From Squalus acanthias (lineage: Eukaryota), in the NCBI GenBank assembly GCA_030390025.1, contig CM059432.1:116872001-116936000 (forward strand): a stretch of DNA of 64,000 nt. Reading direction: 5' to 3'. The stretch's first letter is position 1, and each line of letters opens with the position of its first letter. Made by a program: the position numbers and the translations under genes. Below, one piece after another: positions 11,791-25,541 of this stretch. Below the pieces are notes generated by a model. That model was not told the origin of the DNA, did no database searches, and worked only from the letters and a program-made list of their open reading frames with translations.

Positions 11791-12699
11791 CAAGTACAGA
11801 GGCAGGGACACCTTCCCTTTTCTTTCCTCCCCTCCTCTCCTCTCTTCCCCCTTTCCACACTCTGTACATCCACTCACCTCACCATGGGCAGCAGAGTCTT
11901 CAGTTGCTTGTGTCCTACGCTTAGAATTCCATTCCTGAATCTCTTTGCTTCTCCACTTCCCCGCCCCCCCCCTCCTTTTAAAAATCATATCAAACCCCAT
12001 CTCTTTGACCAAGCACCATCCCAACCTCTCCCTTCCTGGCTTGCTGTCTGTTTTTCCTCATGTTTATCTATGAAGTATATTGGGATGGACTTTACATTAA
12101 AGTTGTTAGATAAATGTAAGTTGTGAAGGAGAACTTGTATTCTATCTTGCCACCATGTGATAATTGTTGTAAGAGCACTCCGAGTGTCAAGGCCATGACG
12201 CTGGGCTCTGTACTCAGCATTGCATGAACAACGCTTACCATTGCCTTATTTCCAAGCACTCTTAACACACAAAAAAAAATGTCCTCAGCCCAGGGACAGA
12301 TCGTAGAAACCGGTATTCTGCTTAGGAGATTTTAGTACAATTGTCCTTTCTGTCACAAGTCTGAGAGGGAATGTTGATATATACAGATTGGATGTATGTA
12401 TATACTGTATATCTTTGAATAGTTGGACAATTTCAAGTCAAGGAGCAAGTAATGAGTGGAAAACATGGATTTTAATTACTGCAACCCTGAAATTGGGGTT
12501 TTAATGTGTTTCTCTGACGTTCCTCTGCTATAGTAATAACCCATTTACAAATAAATTGATTAACTCTTCCAATAAAATAGTAGTAAAAGTATTTCATGCT
12601 GTCACTTAAGTCTTTTTCTTCCCTTGAGAAAGGGACAGATCGTAGAAACAGGTATTCTGGCTTCTGCTGAGTATGAGTGGGAAGCTCTTGCAGCTCAAA

Positions 12700-13290
12700 C
12701 TAGGGGAAATACCTTCATAATTTTCCCCATGGAAAACCAGCAGCAGAATGAGAGGGTGCTGAGTGTTACTGATGGTACGTGTGTGGCCACCCAAAGATCC
12801 CACAAAACTGCAAGGTTTTTGTCACTTGGCAGCTTGGCAACGATGAACAACAGCAGTGAATGTTTACTTTTGAGGCAATAGTCATGATTCCTGCATTTTG
12901 AGACTAGCCTCTGTGTTGGGGTACTAGAAGGAGAAGGTGGACTGGAAGGATGGCTCCTAGGAGACACCCTCTAAAACCCAGACTCGTGCTGCTATTGTGA
13001 CAGTTAATTAAAACAGCTGAGTGAAGATACAAGGCCCATGTAGGCAGCAGGGCCATTATTGAACATCTCAAAGAAGCACTTCAGATGCTTAGACCGATTA
13101 AGTGACATGTTGCACTGCAATCCTGCAGGGTCTTCCAAGGTTATCATTGTTTTTTGAATGCTGATAGGCATAACTAAAGAGTATGTGGAGAGTAGATGAC
13201 CCACCTGCAGCCAAAAGCAGAGTAGGATCCTGACTGACCAAGAAGATATCCCTACCACACCAAATTTGCAGCAAACAATAATCATATGGC
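12700..13290 (+). pseudogene. Highly decayed Harbinger transposase remnant
   Basis: Motifs in order across frames: RVLSVTDGTCVA (like GAIDCTHV), HDSCILR, GWLLGD, KHFRCLD. Confidence 0.6.
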
Positions 13291-14356
13291 AGGGTCACTG
13301 AGACAAGCCCTTCACCCGAGTTCCTGAGCCACCTAATTCACAAAGTGTTGTCCACCTAAGTACAATGCAGTGGCCAAATACACTTTCACCAGTATTGTTC
13401 TCTACACTATTTGCACTACCTCACATACAAATTCTTTGATCTAAGATCTTGTGCTGCAGTATCAGAAGAAAACATTCCAGTCACTGTTGAAATAAAGTAG
13501 ACCCAAATTTGATAACCTGGAGCAGACAGGCATTTCTGCGGTCGTAGACGTGACTCCAGGATGGTTTTTGCCTCCCTGGTGCCAGGGTCAAGGATGTCAC
13601 TGCGTGGCTGCAGGACACTCTGAGTGTGGAGGGGGTTTGTGGGGGGGGGGTGGGGTGGGGTTGGTGGGTGCGGTTGGTGGGGGGGGGGGGGGTGAACAGG
13701 CAGAGATCGTTGTCCATATCGGTACCAACGACATAGGCAGAAAGAGGGATGAGGTCCTGCAGGCAGAGTTTAGGGAGCTAGGAGAGAGATTAAAAAGCAG
13801 GACCTCAAAGGTAGTAATCTCCGGATTACTCCCGGTGCCACTTATTAGTGATTACAGGAATAGGAGGATAGAACAGATGAATGCGTGGCTGGAGAGATGG
13901 TGCAGGAGGGAGGGCTTTAGATTCCTGAGGCATTGGGACCATTTCTGGGGAAGGTGGGATCTATACAAGCCGGACGGGTTACGCCTCAACAGAGCCAGGG
14001 ACCAATATTCTCACGGGGAGGTTTGCTGGTGCTGTTGGGGAGGGTTTAAACTAACTTGGCAGGGGGATGAGCACCAGCATATAGGAGTAGAAAAGAGGAA
14101 TAAGGTGCATTAAAGAGTGAGTGTGTTGGATAGTACTAGAGAAGATAGTACTAGAGGCGGTAGTAGTACCATATTGGATAGGAGCAGACTAAGAAAGACT
14201 ACGAAAAATTCAAAAATGGATTTAGAATGCATGTACGTAAACGCACAAAGTGTGGTGAATAAGGTTGGTGAGCTACAAGCACAATTAACCATGTGGCAAT
14301 ATGATATGGCAATAACGGAAACGTGGCTTAAAAACGGTGAGGACTGGGCACTTAAT

Positions 14357-17300
14357 ATAAGAACATAAGAAGAACATAAGAAATAGGAGCAGGAGTAGAC
14401 CAATCGGCCCCTCGAGCCTGCTCCGCCATTCAGTGAGATCATGGCTGATCTGATCCAACCTCAACTCTAAAGAACACAAGAAGCAGGACCAGGCCACTCG
14501 GCCCCTGGGCCCGCTCCGCCACCCACAGGGCCTTGACCGATCCGAACTCAAACTCATGTCGAATTTCCAGCCCGCTCCCCGTAACCCCTGATTCCCTTTA
14601 CTTCTAGGAAACGGTCTATTTCTGTTTTAAATTTATTTAATGAAGTAGCTTCCACAGCTTCCTGGGGTAGCAAATTCCACAGACCCACTACCCTCTGAGT
14701 GAAAAAGTTTCTCCTCATCTCAGTTTTGAAAGAGGAGCCCCTTATTCTAAGATTATGTCCCCTAGTTCTAGTTTCACCCATAATTGGGAACATCCTCACC
14801 GCGTCCACCCGATCAAGCCCCTTCACAATCTTATATGTTTCAATAAGATCGCCTCTCATTCTTCTGAACTCCAATGAGTAGAGTCCCAATCGACTCAACC
14901 TCTCCTCGTGTGTCCACCCCCTCATCCCCGGAATTAACCGAGTGAACCTTCTTTGTACTGCCTCGAGAGCAAGTATGTCTTTTCTTAAGTATGGACACCA
15001 AAACTGTATGCAGTACTCCAGGTGCGGTCTCACCAATACCCTATACAACTGCAGCAATACCTCCCTGTTTTTATATTCTATCCCCCTCCTCACTCTCTAC
15101 TTTCCCTCCCATCTTTGTATCATCTGCAAACTTTGATATGTTACACTCAGTCCCCTCCTCCAAATCGTTAATATAGATTGTAAAGAGTTGGGGACCCAGC
15201 ACCGACCCCTGCGGAACACCACTGGCTACTGGTTGCCAGTCCGAGAATGAACCATTTATCCCAACTCTCTGCTTCCTGTTAGATAACCAATCCTCCACCC
15301 ATGCCAGAATATTACCCCCAATCCAGTGATTTTTTATCTTGAGTAATAATCTTTTATGTGGCACCTTGTCGAATGCCTTCTGGAAGTCTAAATACACTAC
15401 GTCCACTGGTTCCCCTTTATCCACCCTGTACATTATGTCCTCAAAGAACTCGAGCAAATTTGTCAGACATGACTTCCCCTTCATAAAGCCATGCTGACTT
15501 TGTCCTATTAAATTATGTTTATCTAAATGTTCCGTTACTGTCTCCTTAATAATAGACTCCAAAATTTTACCCACCACAGATGTTAGGCTAACTGGTCTAT
15601 AATTTCCAGCCTTCTGCCTACAACCCTTTTTAAATAAGGGTGTTACATTAGCAGTTTTCCAATCTGCCGGGACCTTTGCTGAGTTCAGGGAGTTTTGGAA
15701 AATTATTACCAAAGCATCCACAATTCCTACTGCCACTTCCCTCAAGACCCTAGGATGTAAGCCATCGGGTCCAGGGGATTTATCTGCCTTGAGTCCCATT
15801 ATTTTACTGAGTACCAATTCCTTAGTGATTTTAATCATATTTAGCTCCTCCCCCACTAGAGCCCCCTGTTTGTCCAGTGTTGGGATATTCTTAGTGTCCT
15901 CTACCGTAAAGACTGAAACAAAATATTTGTTCAGCATTTTTGCCATCTCCATGTTTCCCACCATTAATTTCCCGGTCTCATCCTCTAAGGGACCTACGTT
16001 TGCCTTAACCACCCTTTTTCTTTTTATATAACTATAGAAACTCTTGCTATCTGTTTTTATATTTTTTGCTAATTTATTTTCATAGTCTATTTTCCCTTTC
16101 TTAATCAATCCTTTAGTTACTTTTTGTTGTCTTTTGAAGACTTCCCAATCTTCTATCCTCCCACTAACTTTCGCTACCTTATATGTCCTTGTTTTTAGTT
16201 GGATACTTTCTTTAATTTCTTTACTTAGCCATGGATGGCTGTCATTTCTTTTACACCCTTTTTTCCTCAGTGGAATATATTTATTTTGAAAGTTGTAAAA
16301 GAACTCCTTGAATGAACACCACTGCTCATGTACCATCTTACCCTTTAATCTATTTTCCCAGTCCACTTTAATCAATTCTGCTCTCATGCCATCATAGTCT
16401 CCTTTATTCAAGCTCAGTATGCTTGTTTGAGAACCAACCTTCTCACCCTCTAATTGGATATGGAATTCAACCATGTTATGGTCACTCATTCCAAGGGGAT
16501 CCTTAACTAGGACATTATTAATTAATCCAGACTCATTACACAGTACCAGGTCCAAGGTTGCTTGCCCCCTTGTAGGATCAGTTACATACTGCTCAAGAAA
16601 TCCATCCCTAAGACACTCAATAAACTCTTCCTCAAGGCTGCCCTGCCCAATTTGATTTGTCCAGTTTATATGGTAGTTAAAATCCCCCATAATTATAGCT
16701 GTTCCCTTATTACATGCCCCAACTATTTCCTGATTAATACTTCTTCCAACAGAGTTGCAACTATTAGGAGGCCTATATACTACACCCACCAGTGTTTTTT
16801 TCCCCTTATTATTCCTAATCTCTACCCAAACTGTTTCATTATCCTGATCTTTTGACCCAATATCATTTCTCTGTATTACAGTGATTCCTTCCTTTATTAA
16901 CATAGCCACCCCCCCTCCCCTTCCTTCCTGCCTGTCCTTCCTGATTGTTAAATACCCTGGCATATTTAATTCCCAGACGTTGTCACCCTGCAGCCATGTT
17001 TCTGTAATGGCCACAAGATCATACCCATACATAGTTATTTGTGCCGTTAACTCATCAATTTTGTTATGAATGCTACGTGCATTCAGATAAAGAACTTTCA
17101 AATGTGTTTTGCGACACTTACTTCCTGCTTTTTCCTTATTTAACACTTTACCTTTTACTCCATACCTTCTGTCCCTTCCTGACATGCTTTCCTCTGTCTC
17201 CCTGCTCAGGTTCCCAACCCCCTGCCACATTAGTTTAAATCCTCCCCAACAGCACTAGCAAACACTCCCCCTAGGACAGCGGTCCCAGCCCTGCCCAGGT

Positions 17301-17527
17301 GCAGACCGTCTGGTTTGTACTGGTACCACCTCCCCCAGAACCGGTTCCAATGTCCCAGGAATTTGAATCCCTCCCCCTTGCACCATTCCTCTAGCCACGT
17401 ATTCATTTGAAATATCCTCCTATTTCTACTCTGACTAGCACGTGGCATTGGTAGCAATCCTGAGATTACTACCTTTGAGGTCCTATTTTTTAATTTACCT
17501 CCTAACTCCCTATATTCTGCTTTTAGG
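14357..17527 (-). mobile_element. Young 5'-truncated CR1 LINE with an internal deletion, nested in the opposite orientation
   Basis: ORF1 tail (17230-17457), an uninterrupted 719-aa EN+RT ORF (15071-17230) to just past FADD, a 179-aa C-terminal ORF, and a (TTCTTATG)n-type tail at ~14357. Confidence 0.95.
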
Positions 17528-18493
17528 GGTACAAGGTGTTCAGAAAAGATAGGGAAGGAAAAAAGGGAGGTGGGGTGGCAGTGCTGATTAAGGAAGACAT
17601 TGTAGTGTTGGAAAGGGAGGATGTTCTTGAGGGGACAAGGACAGAATCCATTTGGTTAGAGTTGAGGAGCAAAAAGAGTATGATCACGCTATTGAGGGTA
17701 TTCTATAGGCCTCCAAATCGTGAGAGGGAGGTAGAGGAGCAAATCTGCAGGGAAATCGCAGAGATATGCAAGAGCTATAGAGTGATGATATTGGGGGACT
17801 TTAATTACCCAAATATCGAATGGGATAATGCTAGGGTAAAGGGAAAGGAGGGGGAGGAATTTCTGAAATGTGTTCAGGAGAATTTCCTTGACCAATATGT
17901 TCTTGGCCCAACTAGGAAGAAGGCATTACTGGATCTGGTGCTGGGGAATGAGGTGGGCCAGGTCGACCAAGTGTCTGTGGGAGAACACTTGGGTACGAGT
18001 GATCATCGTATCATAAGATTTAGATTAGCAATGGAGAGGAGCAAGGAACAATCTAGAGTGGAACTTCTAAACTGGAATAGGGCTAACTTCAATGGGATAC
18101 GAAAGGATCTAGCCAGGGTAAAATGGAACCAAAGACTGACAGAAAAAACTGTAACGGAACAATGGGTGATCTTTAAGGAGGAGATGCTCCAAGTACAGGC
18201 TAGGTACATTCTAACAAGAGGGAAGGCTAAGGAAACCAAAGCAAGGGCTCCTTGGATGACAAGGAAGATAGAAAAGATGAAACAAAAAAAGAGGTTGTAT
18301 GATGCATGTCAGGTGAATTCTTCAAGGGAGAACCAGACCAAATACAATAAGTTGAGAGGGGATGTGAAGATGAAAATAAGATTGGCAAAGAGGAATATGA
18401 GAATAGAATGGCGGTTATCATAAAAAGGGGCCTATTAGAGACAAAGAAGGTGATATATGCTTAGAGACGCAGAGCAAGGCTAGAATACTGAAT

Positions 18494-19337
18494 GGGCAGA
18501 ATTTTCATTGAGCCATGGAGGCGGGTTTGGAGGCGGGACTGGATTGAAAATAGCTGAATCGGGGGTCCCGACCCCATCCCACCCCCAACCCGCCTCCATG
18601 CCAGTTTCGCTGGAGGCGGGTACCCAACCTGTGCTGGGACCCGCCTCCCCGAGGCGGGAAGGGGATTAGTGGCAATAAACTGCCTGTTAACAGGTATTTA
18701 ACAGACAGTTTTTTGCGTAATCCCTATTTTTATGCCTGAAATGTGGGCTCTCCGACAGGTCCCAACCACGCCGTTTCAGCGAGGCAGACTGTGGGTCTGC
18801 AGGGGTTGGAGGGGTCGATATGTCCGGTGGGCAGGTGAGTGATGGGTGCATGTGTGCAGAGGTAAGTGTGTAAGGTAAGTGTAAAGTGTGGAAAAAAGTT
18901 TTACTTCCCTTAACTTCCTCCTGCAGGTGTCAGCCCTTCAGGTCTCGGGAGTCAGAAATCTTACCGGCACAGAAAGCAGAATGGCCGTTGAGCTGTCAAA
19001 AGCTGCAGCCTCTGCTTTTTGTTCTGCAGAGATCTCTAAATCAGCCTGAGAGGAAGGAATTGACTTAGAGTACAGATTGTCAGTGTTTGACAGCTTCAAA
19101 GAGCTGTCAAACGCTGATATTTCATCTGTCAAAAGCTCTTGACAGATGAAATGTCAATCTGTGACGTCACCTGTTGCCGGGTGGCCCTTAATTGGCCTGT
19201 TGAGCCCACTGGGCGGGCTCAACAAGGTCAATCAAGTGAAAATACAGTGGGTTGGCCACAAGTCGATGGAGGCGGGACTACAACCCAAAAAGTGGGAGTC
19301 CCGCCTCCATCACGTCCCCAATATCAAAATCCAGCCC
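18494..19337. mobile_element. Harbinger-type MITE (family C) inserted in CR1 ORF2
   Basis: TIR GGGCAGAATTTT / AAAATCCAGCCC with an AAT TSD. Removing it restores CR1 'IL-N-ENFVSVF'. Subterminal GGAGGCGGG repeats. Confidence 0.9.
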
Positions 19338-21799
19338 AATGAGAACTTTGTATCCGTGTTTACTAAGGAGGTGGATGCTGACAAAATATCGGTAAAAGGG
19401 GTGAAAATTGATATACAGGATGTACTAGAAAGGCTGGGTATGCTTAGAGTAGACAAGTCACCTGTTCCAGATAGCTTGCATCCCAGGTTGCTAAGGGAAT
19501 TGGGGGATGAGATAGCGGAAGGGCTTGCCATAATTTTCTAATCTTCCCTAGATGTGGGGGAGGTGCCTGAGGATTGGAAAGTGGCAAATGTAACACCATT
19601 GTTCAAGAAAGGGTGTAAGGACAATCCCAGTAACTACAGGCTGGTCAGTTTAACATCAGTGGTGGGTAAAGTTTTAGAAACAATAATCAAGGAAAAAATT
19701 AACGGGCATTTGGAGAGGTTTAAGCTAATTAAGTAGAGCCAACATGGATTTGTAAAAGGAAGATCGTGTTTGACTAATCTAATTGAATTTTTTGATGAAG
19801 TTAAGAGAGGATTGATGAAGGGAATGCAATGGGTGTTGTCTACATGGATTTTCAGAAGGCGTTTGACAAAGTACCACATAGAAGGCTGGTTAAGAAAATT
19901 GAGGCTCATGGAATAGGTGGATCAGTGGCAGTTTGGAAGGAATTGGCTTAAGGACAGAAAACAGTGAGTTGTGGTAAATGGCTGTTTTTCAGACTGGAGG
20001 ATGGTAGACAGTGGTGTTCTCCAAGGGTCAGTGCTGGGGCCACTGCTTTTTTTGATATATATAAATGACCTGGATATTGGAATACACAGTAGAATTTCTA
20101 AATTTGCCGATGACACCAAACTTGGGGGTGTGGCAAACAGTGACGATGATATCAATTGACTGCAACAGGACATAGAATGGCTAGCAGAATGGGCAGACAA
20201 GTGGCAGATGGAATTTAATACAGAGAAGTGTGAGGTAATGCATTTTGGCAGAAGGAACAGGGAGAAGCAATATACACTTAATGGCACAGTTTTAAAGAGT
20301 GTGCAGGGACAGAGGGACCTGGGAGTTAATGTGCATAGGCCCCTGAAGGTGGCAGGACATTTTGAGAGAGTGGTTAGCAAAGCATATGGGATCTTGGGCT
20401 TCATAAATAGAGGTATTGAGTACAAAAGTAGAGAAGTTATGCTGAACCTTTATAAAGCACTGGTTAGATTTGTTTTCATTAAAGCAAAGGAGGTTGAGGG
20501 GTGATTTGATAGAGGTGTACAAGATTATGACGGGTTTGGATAGGCTGGACGGGGAAAGGCTGTACCCACTAGTTGATGGTACAAGGACTAGGGGACACAG
20601 ATTTAAGGTTTTGGGCAAGAGATACAGGGGGAACGTGAGGAAAACTTTTTTACACAGCGAGTGGTGATGACCTGGAATTCGCTGCCGACGGAAGTGGTGG
20701 AAGCGGAGACACTCATTGTTTTCAAGGGGAGACTGGATAGGCACTTGAGGGAAATAAACTTGCAGGGCTACGGGGATAGAGCGGGGGAATGGGACTGACT
20801 GGATTGCTCTACAGAGAGCCGGCACGGACTCGATGGGCCGAATGGCCTCCTTCTGTGCCTCTATGACTCTAATGAGTGTACATACAGTACTTCCCCTTAG
20901 TGATGGTGCATGAGATGTGTGTTCTAGGATCTAACCTAATGCTCCTTCTGGGTGCTGCAGTAAGAGGTGGCTACTGCTGAGCATTAGTGGGAAGTTCTTG
21001 CAGCTCAAGTTTATGTCCTGTTGGAATAAGGGTATGCATGGTAAGCAATGATAGAGTTGTGTGAAGGCTTGGCTTGGTCCAGCAGTAAATGTGGAATTAG
21101 CTGACTGACTTGTATACACAGGTCCATCTATTGGGTTGCCCTGAGACATTGAATTCAGGCAATTGCAAAGCGTGCGGGGGGGATCCAGTTGTGCTGCGTC
21201 AGTACTGGGACTGGAAAATAGCCCCCAGTGTTTCCTGGGTTATGTAGCCTAGGGTTAACAATTATCTTATTTTGCAGCAACACTAAACTGGAATTTCACT
21301 ACATCTGCTGTCAATTCTAATGTGGAAATAACAACTCGGAACCTGACCATTTACAGGTTAAAGTAACTACATTATTTATTTAGACCTAAGCCAAATGCAC
21401 TGAATATTTTTTAGAGTAGGCAATACTATTATTCATACAATATACGGACTCCATTAAAGCATCTGTCTGCTAAAACTGCTTTCCTACCTCAGAGAATAGT
21501 TCTCTGTAGTTCCTGACAGAAACCATGCAATTAAGTGTGATGCCACTTTTTGTGAAAATATGTGGAATGTAGCCTTCGTTAAAGAGCTGTTCCTTCTGAA
21601 TAAGAAAGTAATTGCCAAACTGGTGAGCTTTTGAATGAAATACCTGTCAAGTTCCATTAAATCGAATAGCAAAATGAACAACTCTTTTTTTTGCTCTCTG
21701 AAAATAATGCAGGCATATGCAATGAGATTAAAATATACGGACCAATTGCTACAGGTGTTTGAGGAGACCCTTTTTGATCTAATTTACAGTAGTGCTAGT

Positions 21800-24082
21800 G
21801 GCCTAGACTTTCAATTGCGCAATGCCGGTTTTTCAGGCGACATGGGCACTGCAGGACCTAATTTGGTTAGGACACCCTGTAGTCATTCAGGGCGCTTGCC
21901 TGATGCGGACTTGTGCAACTCGCGAGCCTACCGCCTGATTCAAGCCCCTTTGTGAAACTCATTTGCGACTGACTGCAGCATGCACAGTGCCCCATGCTTT
22001 GGCCAGTTTTCTCAGGTGCACAGCAGACAAGCCAGCGGTCCTTAAAGCAACCATTGGAGGCTGCCATCTGTAAGGGGTTTTGTGTCGTGCTTGTATCGCA
22101 GACGGTGCTGGTGCGGGGTTAGGCCTTCGTTGCCTAATACTATTGCTTGCTCTGGTCTCCGGCCAGCCTTGTTGCAATAAGCACCTGTGAGTGGTTCGAC
22201 CCACTCGCCCTTACGGTTCTAACACTGGACTTAGGTGCGAGAACAGTAATGCAGAGAAAAACTCAAATAGACCCGGTTGAATAGTACGAAATGGAAATCT
22301 TTATTGCATAGCGTCTAAAATCATGAAGTACATGTCATAGGCACAAATTAACGATAGTACAAGTATACATACATTCATAAAGCTTGGTCTATGGTAATGA
22401 AGAACGCACGGCACATCGTAAAAAGGGGAACACATTATACTTTATCCTTAATAAAACCACCCTCCTCTATCAATTCCTACACTACATCTGGATTTGTAGG
22501 ATCTGGAAACATGCTCACCACTCGTGATACTTCGGAGAATTTTAAAGTGAGGCGCTCGGCTCGTTTCGCTGCAGCGCCTGACTGTCACGTGTTTTGAGGG
22601 GTCTCTGTACCCCACTTGTTTACTTTCGCTGCTGCTGCAAGCAGGCTGGGCTCCCCGTTGTCATGAAGAACTTGACAGTGCTCGGGCCCGGTTCGAAGAA
22701 GAGTCTTCCTGTGTCCGACACCGGTTGCCGGTAGAATTCAAAGAAGAGTCTTTGACCAGTTCGTGCAGTAACCTGTAGAGTTCAAAAATGATCTATATAT
22801 TTTCGGGCGCGGTCGGGGTTTACTGACCGCGGCGACACGTGGATTCTTCTTCTTCTCTTCTCATCTCGTCTCGTCTCGTCTCTTCGGGCCTTCGGGTCCA
22901 GAACACCGTTTACCGACGCTCGGGATGGTGCACCCGGTTACCGGCCTTCGTCAAGGCGGCTCGTTCCGTTCGAGCTCCACCCAACATTCGAATAACCGTC
23001 CAGTGCGGCTAAAAGTCCAGAGTCAACAGTCCAGAGAAACAAGAGCACGAATCAAGCGAATAAGAATCGAATCAAGGGAGTAAGAGAATAAGAGCCGAAT
23101 CAAGAGAGCGATGGACATTTGTTGTCTATAGTTATAGTGCTGTGTTCCCTTATCTCCCGCTCAAATCTTAATGTTTGTCCTTTGTGAAATATTGGCGCTC
23201 AAAACTCCCAGCATGGGGTGATTCTTGTCTTTAACGGGTTTCGGTAGCACCTGTAACTGGTCAACTACCCGTTAATGTTTTCCCCATTGTTGAACCGGCT
23301 CGGAGCCTCCCTGGCTGGGTTTTGGGGGCCCCTGAATACTTGTTTAATCACCCGAGAATGGCTCTCTCATTGTAGAGCCGTGGGGGTATTTGCGTATTGA
23401 TGTGTCTGGATGGGCCTTCGATTGCCCAGTACAATGGTCCTTACTTGTGCATGGAAAACGATTCCAGCACTCATATCTTATGCTATTGTTTTGAATGCAA
23501 ACATGTTGCATCCTGTCTTTATCAATGTCTGCTGAGTATTATCCAATCTTATACTGAAATGTTTATTCAAACGCCATCTTGTCTGCCCACTGAAAATTCT
23601 GGAAGCTTCTGTCACGATGCGTGGCGGCCATTTTACAGGCTTCTGTGTCCTTTTTAATCATGACAGCATTTCGTTTAAATAAACTGATTAAACGAATCTG
23701 TTTCTCTCTCGTTATTTTGAATCGCGATAATTGCGAATTTTACACATCCAAAAGGTAAGTGTGAAGTTTTTTTTTCTTGACTGAATTTGGAGCCAGGAGA
23801 TGCAGGAGTGCGCCTGATGACTCCACGTTAAAACCACAGACTGCTGACAGCCACCATTTGCGCCACACCCCCTCCCCCTTCTGATTGCCTATCCCCTCCC
23901 CCACTCCCAAACTCAAGTTAGGATCTGGACTGACATTCTAGCCGACCGAATTTGCTCTCATGTGACCGATGAACTGAATATGGGGCTGCGACTAGTGCCC
24001 GCAGCTCGCTAGTGCTATACTAATGAATTTGGTGGCATGATTTGCCCTGGTCCAGCATCGGGCGCAATGCAATTTCTAGGCC
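21800..24082. mobile_element. Harbinger-type MITE interrupted by LTR-like copy 1
   Basis: TIR GGCCTAGA / TCTAGGCC with an AGT TSD. Confidence 0.8.
22069..23744. mobile_element. Long solo-LTR-like element, copy 1 (diverged subfamily)
   Basis: TGTAAGGG...GCGAATTTTACA termini, CATC 4-bp TSD, collinear with copies 2 and 3, no convincing ORF. Confidence 0.85.
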
Positions 24083-24435
24083 AGTGTCTGCTCAGCTGCT
24101 GATACCTTAATATATAAATCTGCATTTAAACACGCTTTCCTAATCATCTCGGATCAAACAAAGCTTGTATCTTAACTAATTCTTTATCAGAAGAACCTGC
24201 CTATTCTTGCAGCCTATCTCCAGTCCTCCATTTTAAGCTTAGAGAAAGAAAAGCCTCCATTTTCAATTTGAGTTACCATTGTTTAAATCAAAATATTAAT
24301 GAAAAGGGTATTTCCTGTCATTCAAAAGTCCCACGTTACCATTCGGTGGCTTTTTCCATATGAATTATCTTCATACCTGATGCCACTGACCCAATCACGT
24401 TTATAATAGGATTTTCCCTTGAATGTGACTGTAAT

Positions 24436-24540
24436 TTTTCCTACATTACAACAGTGACTACACTTCAAAACAATTGGCTGTAAAGCGCTTTGGGACGTCC
24501 GGTGGTCGTGAAAGGCACTGTATAAATGAAAGTCTTCCTT
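24436..24540 (+). mobile_element. DeuSINE 3' tail fragment
   Basis: Reverse complement of the tail at 33945-34050. Confidence 0.7.
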
Positions 24541-25541
24541 TTTTCTTTTTAATATCACAAAATGTTAAAAATTACTGTTAGTCTGCACATAGTTGCAGGC
24601 GCAGGCCTCTGGGTGACACTGTGGAGCAAAGCTTTGAGGAAGGAAAGCAGTTTTAGCAGACAGATGCTTTAATGAAGTCTGTATATTGTATGAATAATTT
24701 TATGAAAGGATAACTTTTCAAAATTATAGTTTTAATTTTAAATCTTAACATTAACTGCACTGTGCAGCAGCCCTTGCTGTTGCTACCCGATTTTCAGGCC
24801 CTTCTCACTATCACAGGTCTCGCTCTCACCCCCTCTACTCGTTCGACCAGTCTGCCAAGGCACTCCCGGACCCAATGCATCTCTCCGTCCCCTCAACTTG
24901 TCCTGTGCCGATGCTGCTCCCTCCTCTTTTGGTCACCCTCTTAATATCTCCCACTTTTTGGCATTTTTGTCTGATCATGCCTCTTGTGAAGCACCTTGAG
25001 AAGTTTTTCTATGTTAAAGGTACTAAATAAATGCAAGTTGTTGTTGATGAATGGCCTGTCAAGAGAACTTAACCAATAAAAGAAAGGAGAAGGTGAATGA
25101 ACTGAATCCAACTGGAAACAAAATGTCATCCATCAATTTTGTCAGTCCAAGATCGGGTTTTAAACATAATAAAAACATTTAAAATTTATACATTTCACAA
25201 ATGCACAATGAAACTTAAATATAAAGGTTTTCTTTTGCGTCTTTGGGTACCTTCATTTTTACTCGAAGGCCTCAGTGTTTCTCAAAAGTACAGCCTTTTG
25301 AGAATATTTTTTGCCTAAAGCTGTGACTCAGTCAGGCAGAGCCTGCAGGCTGAGCATGTGCAGTGTGTACATTTTCCCAGGCTGTTTCAGTAGCATTTTG
25401 CCAGATCAAGTGGAAAAATGTTTCTCTCCACTTTTAACAGTGTCTGGTTGTTTTGCAAAATTATTTGGAGAAAAAAAGGAGAACTTTTCAAAAGATTTGT
25501 TTAAGTAAACTTTATATCGAGATTTCAAAAAAAAAAACAAG

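Larger units (their letters stand above)
13505..20870 (+). mobile_element. Older CR1 LINE (SGNH-esterase ORF1 end and EN/RT ORF2, pseudogenised) hosting two nested insertions
   Basis: ORF1 'VVHIGTNDIG...KVVISGLLP...DGLRLN'. ORF2 starts near 14214 (CMYVNAQSV..AITETW), resumes at ~17527 (GYKVFRKDR) and 19338 (NENFVSVF), contains FADD at ~20103, and ends in a CR1 tail at ~20870. Multiple stops. Confidence 0.92.
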
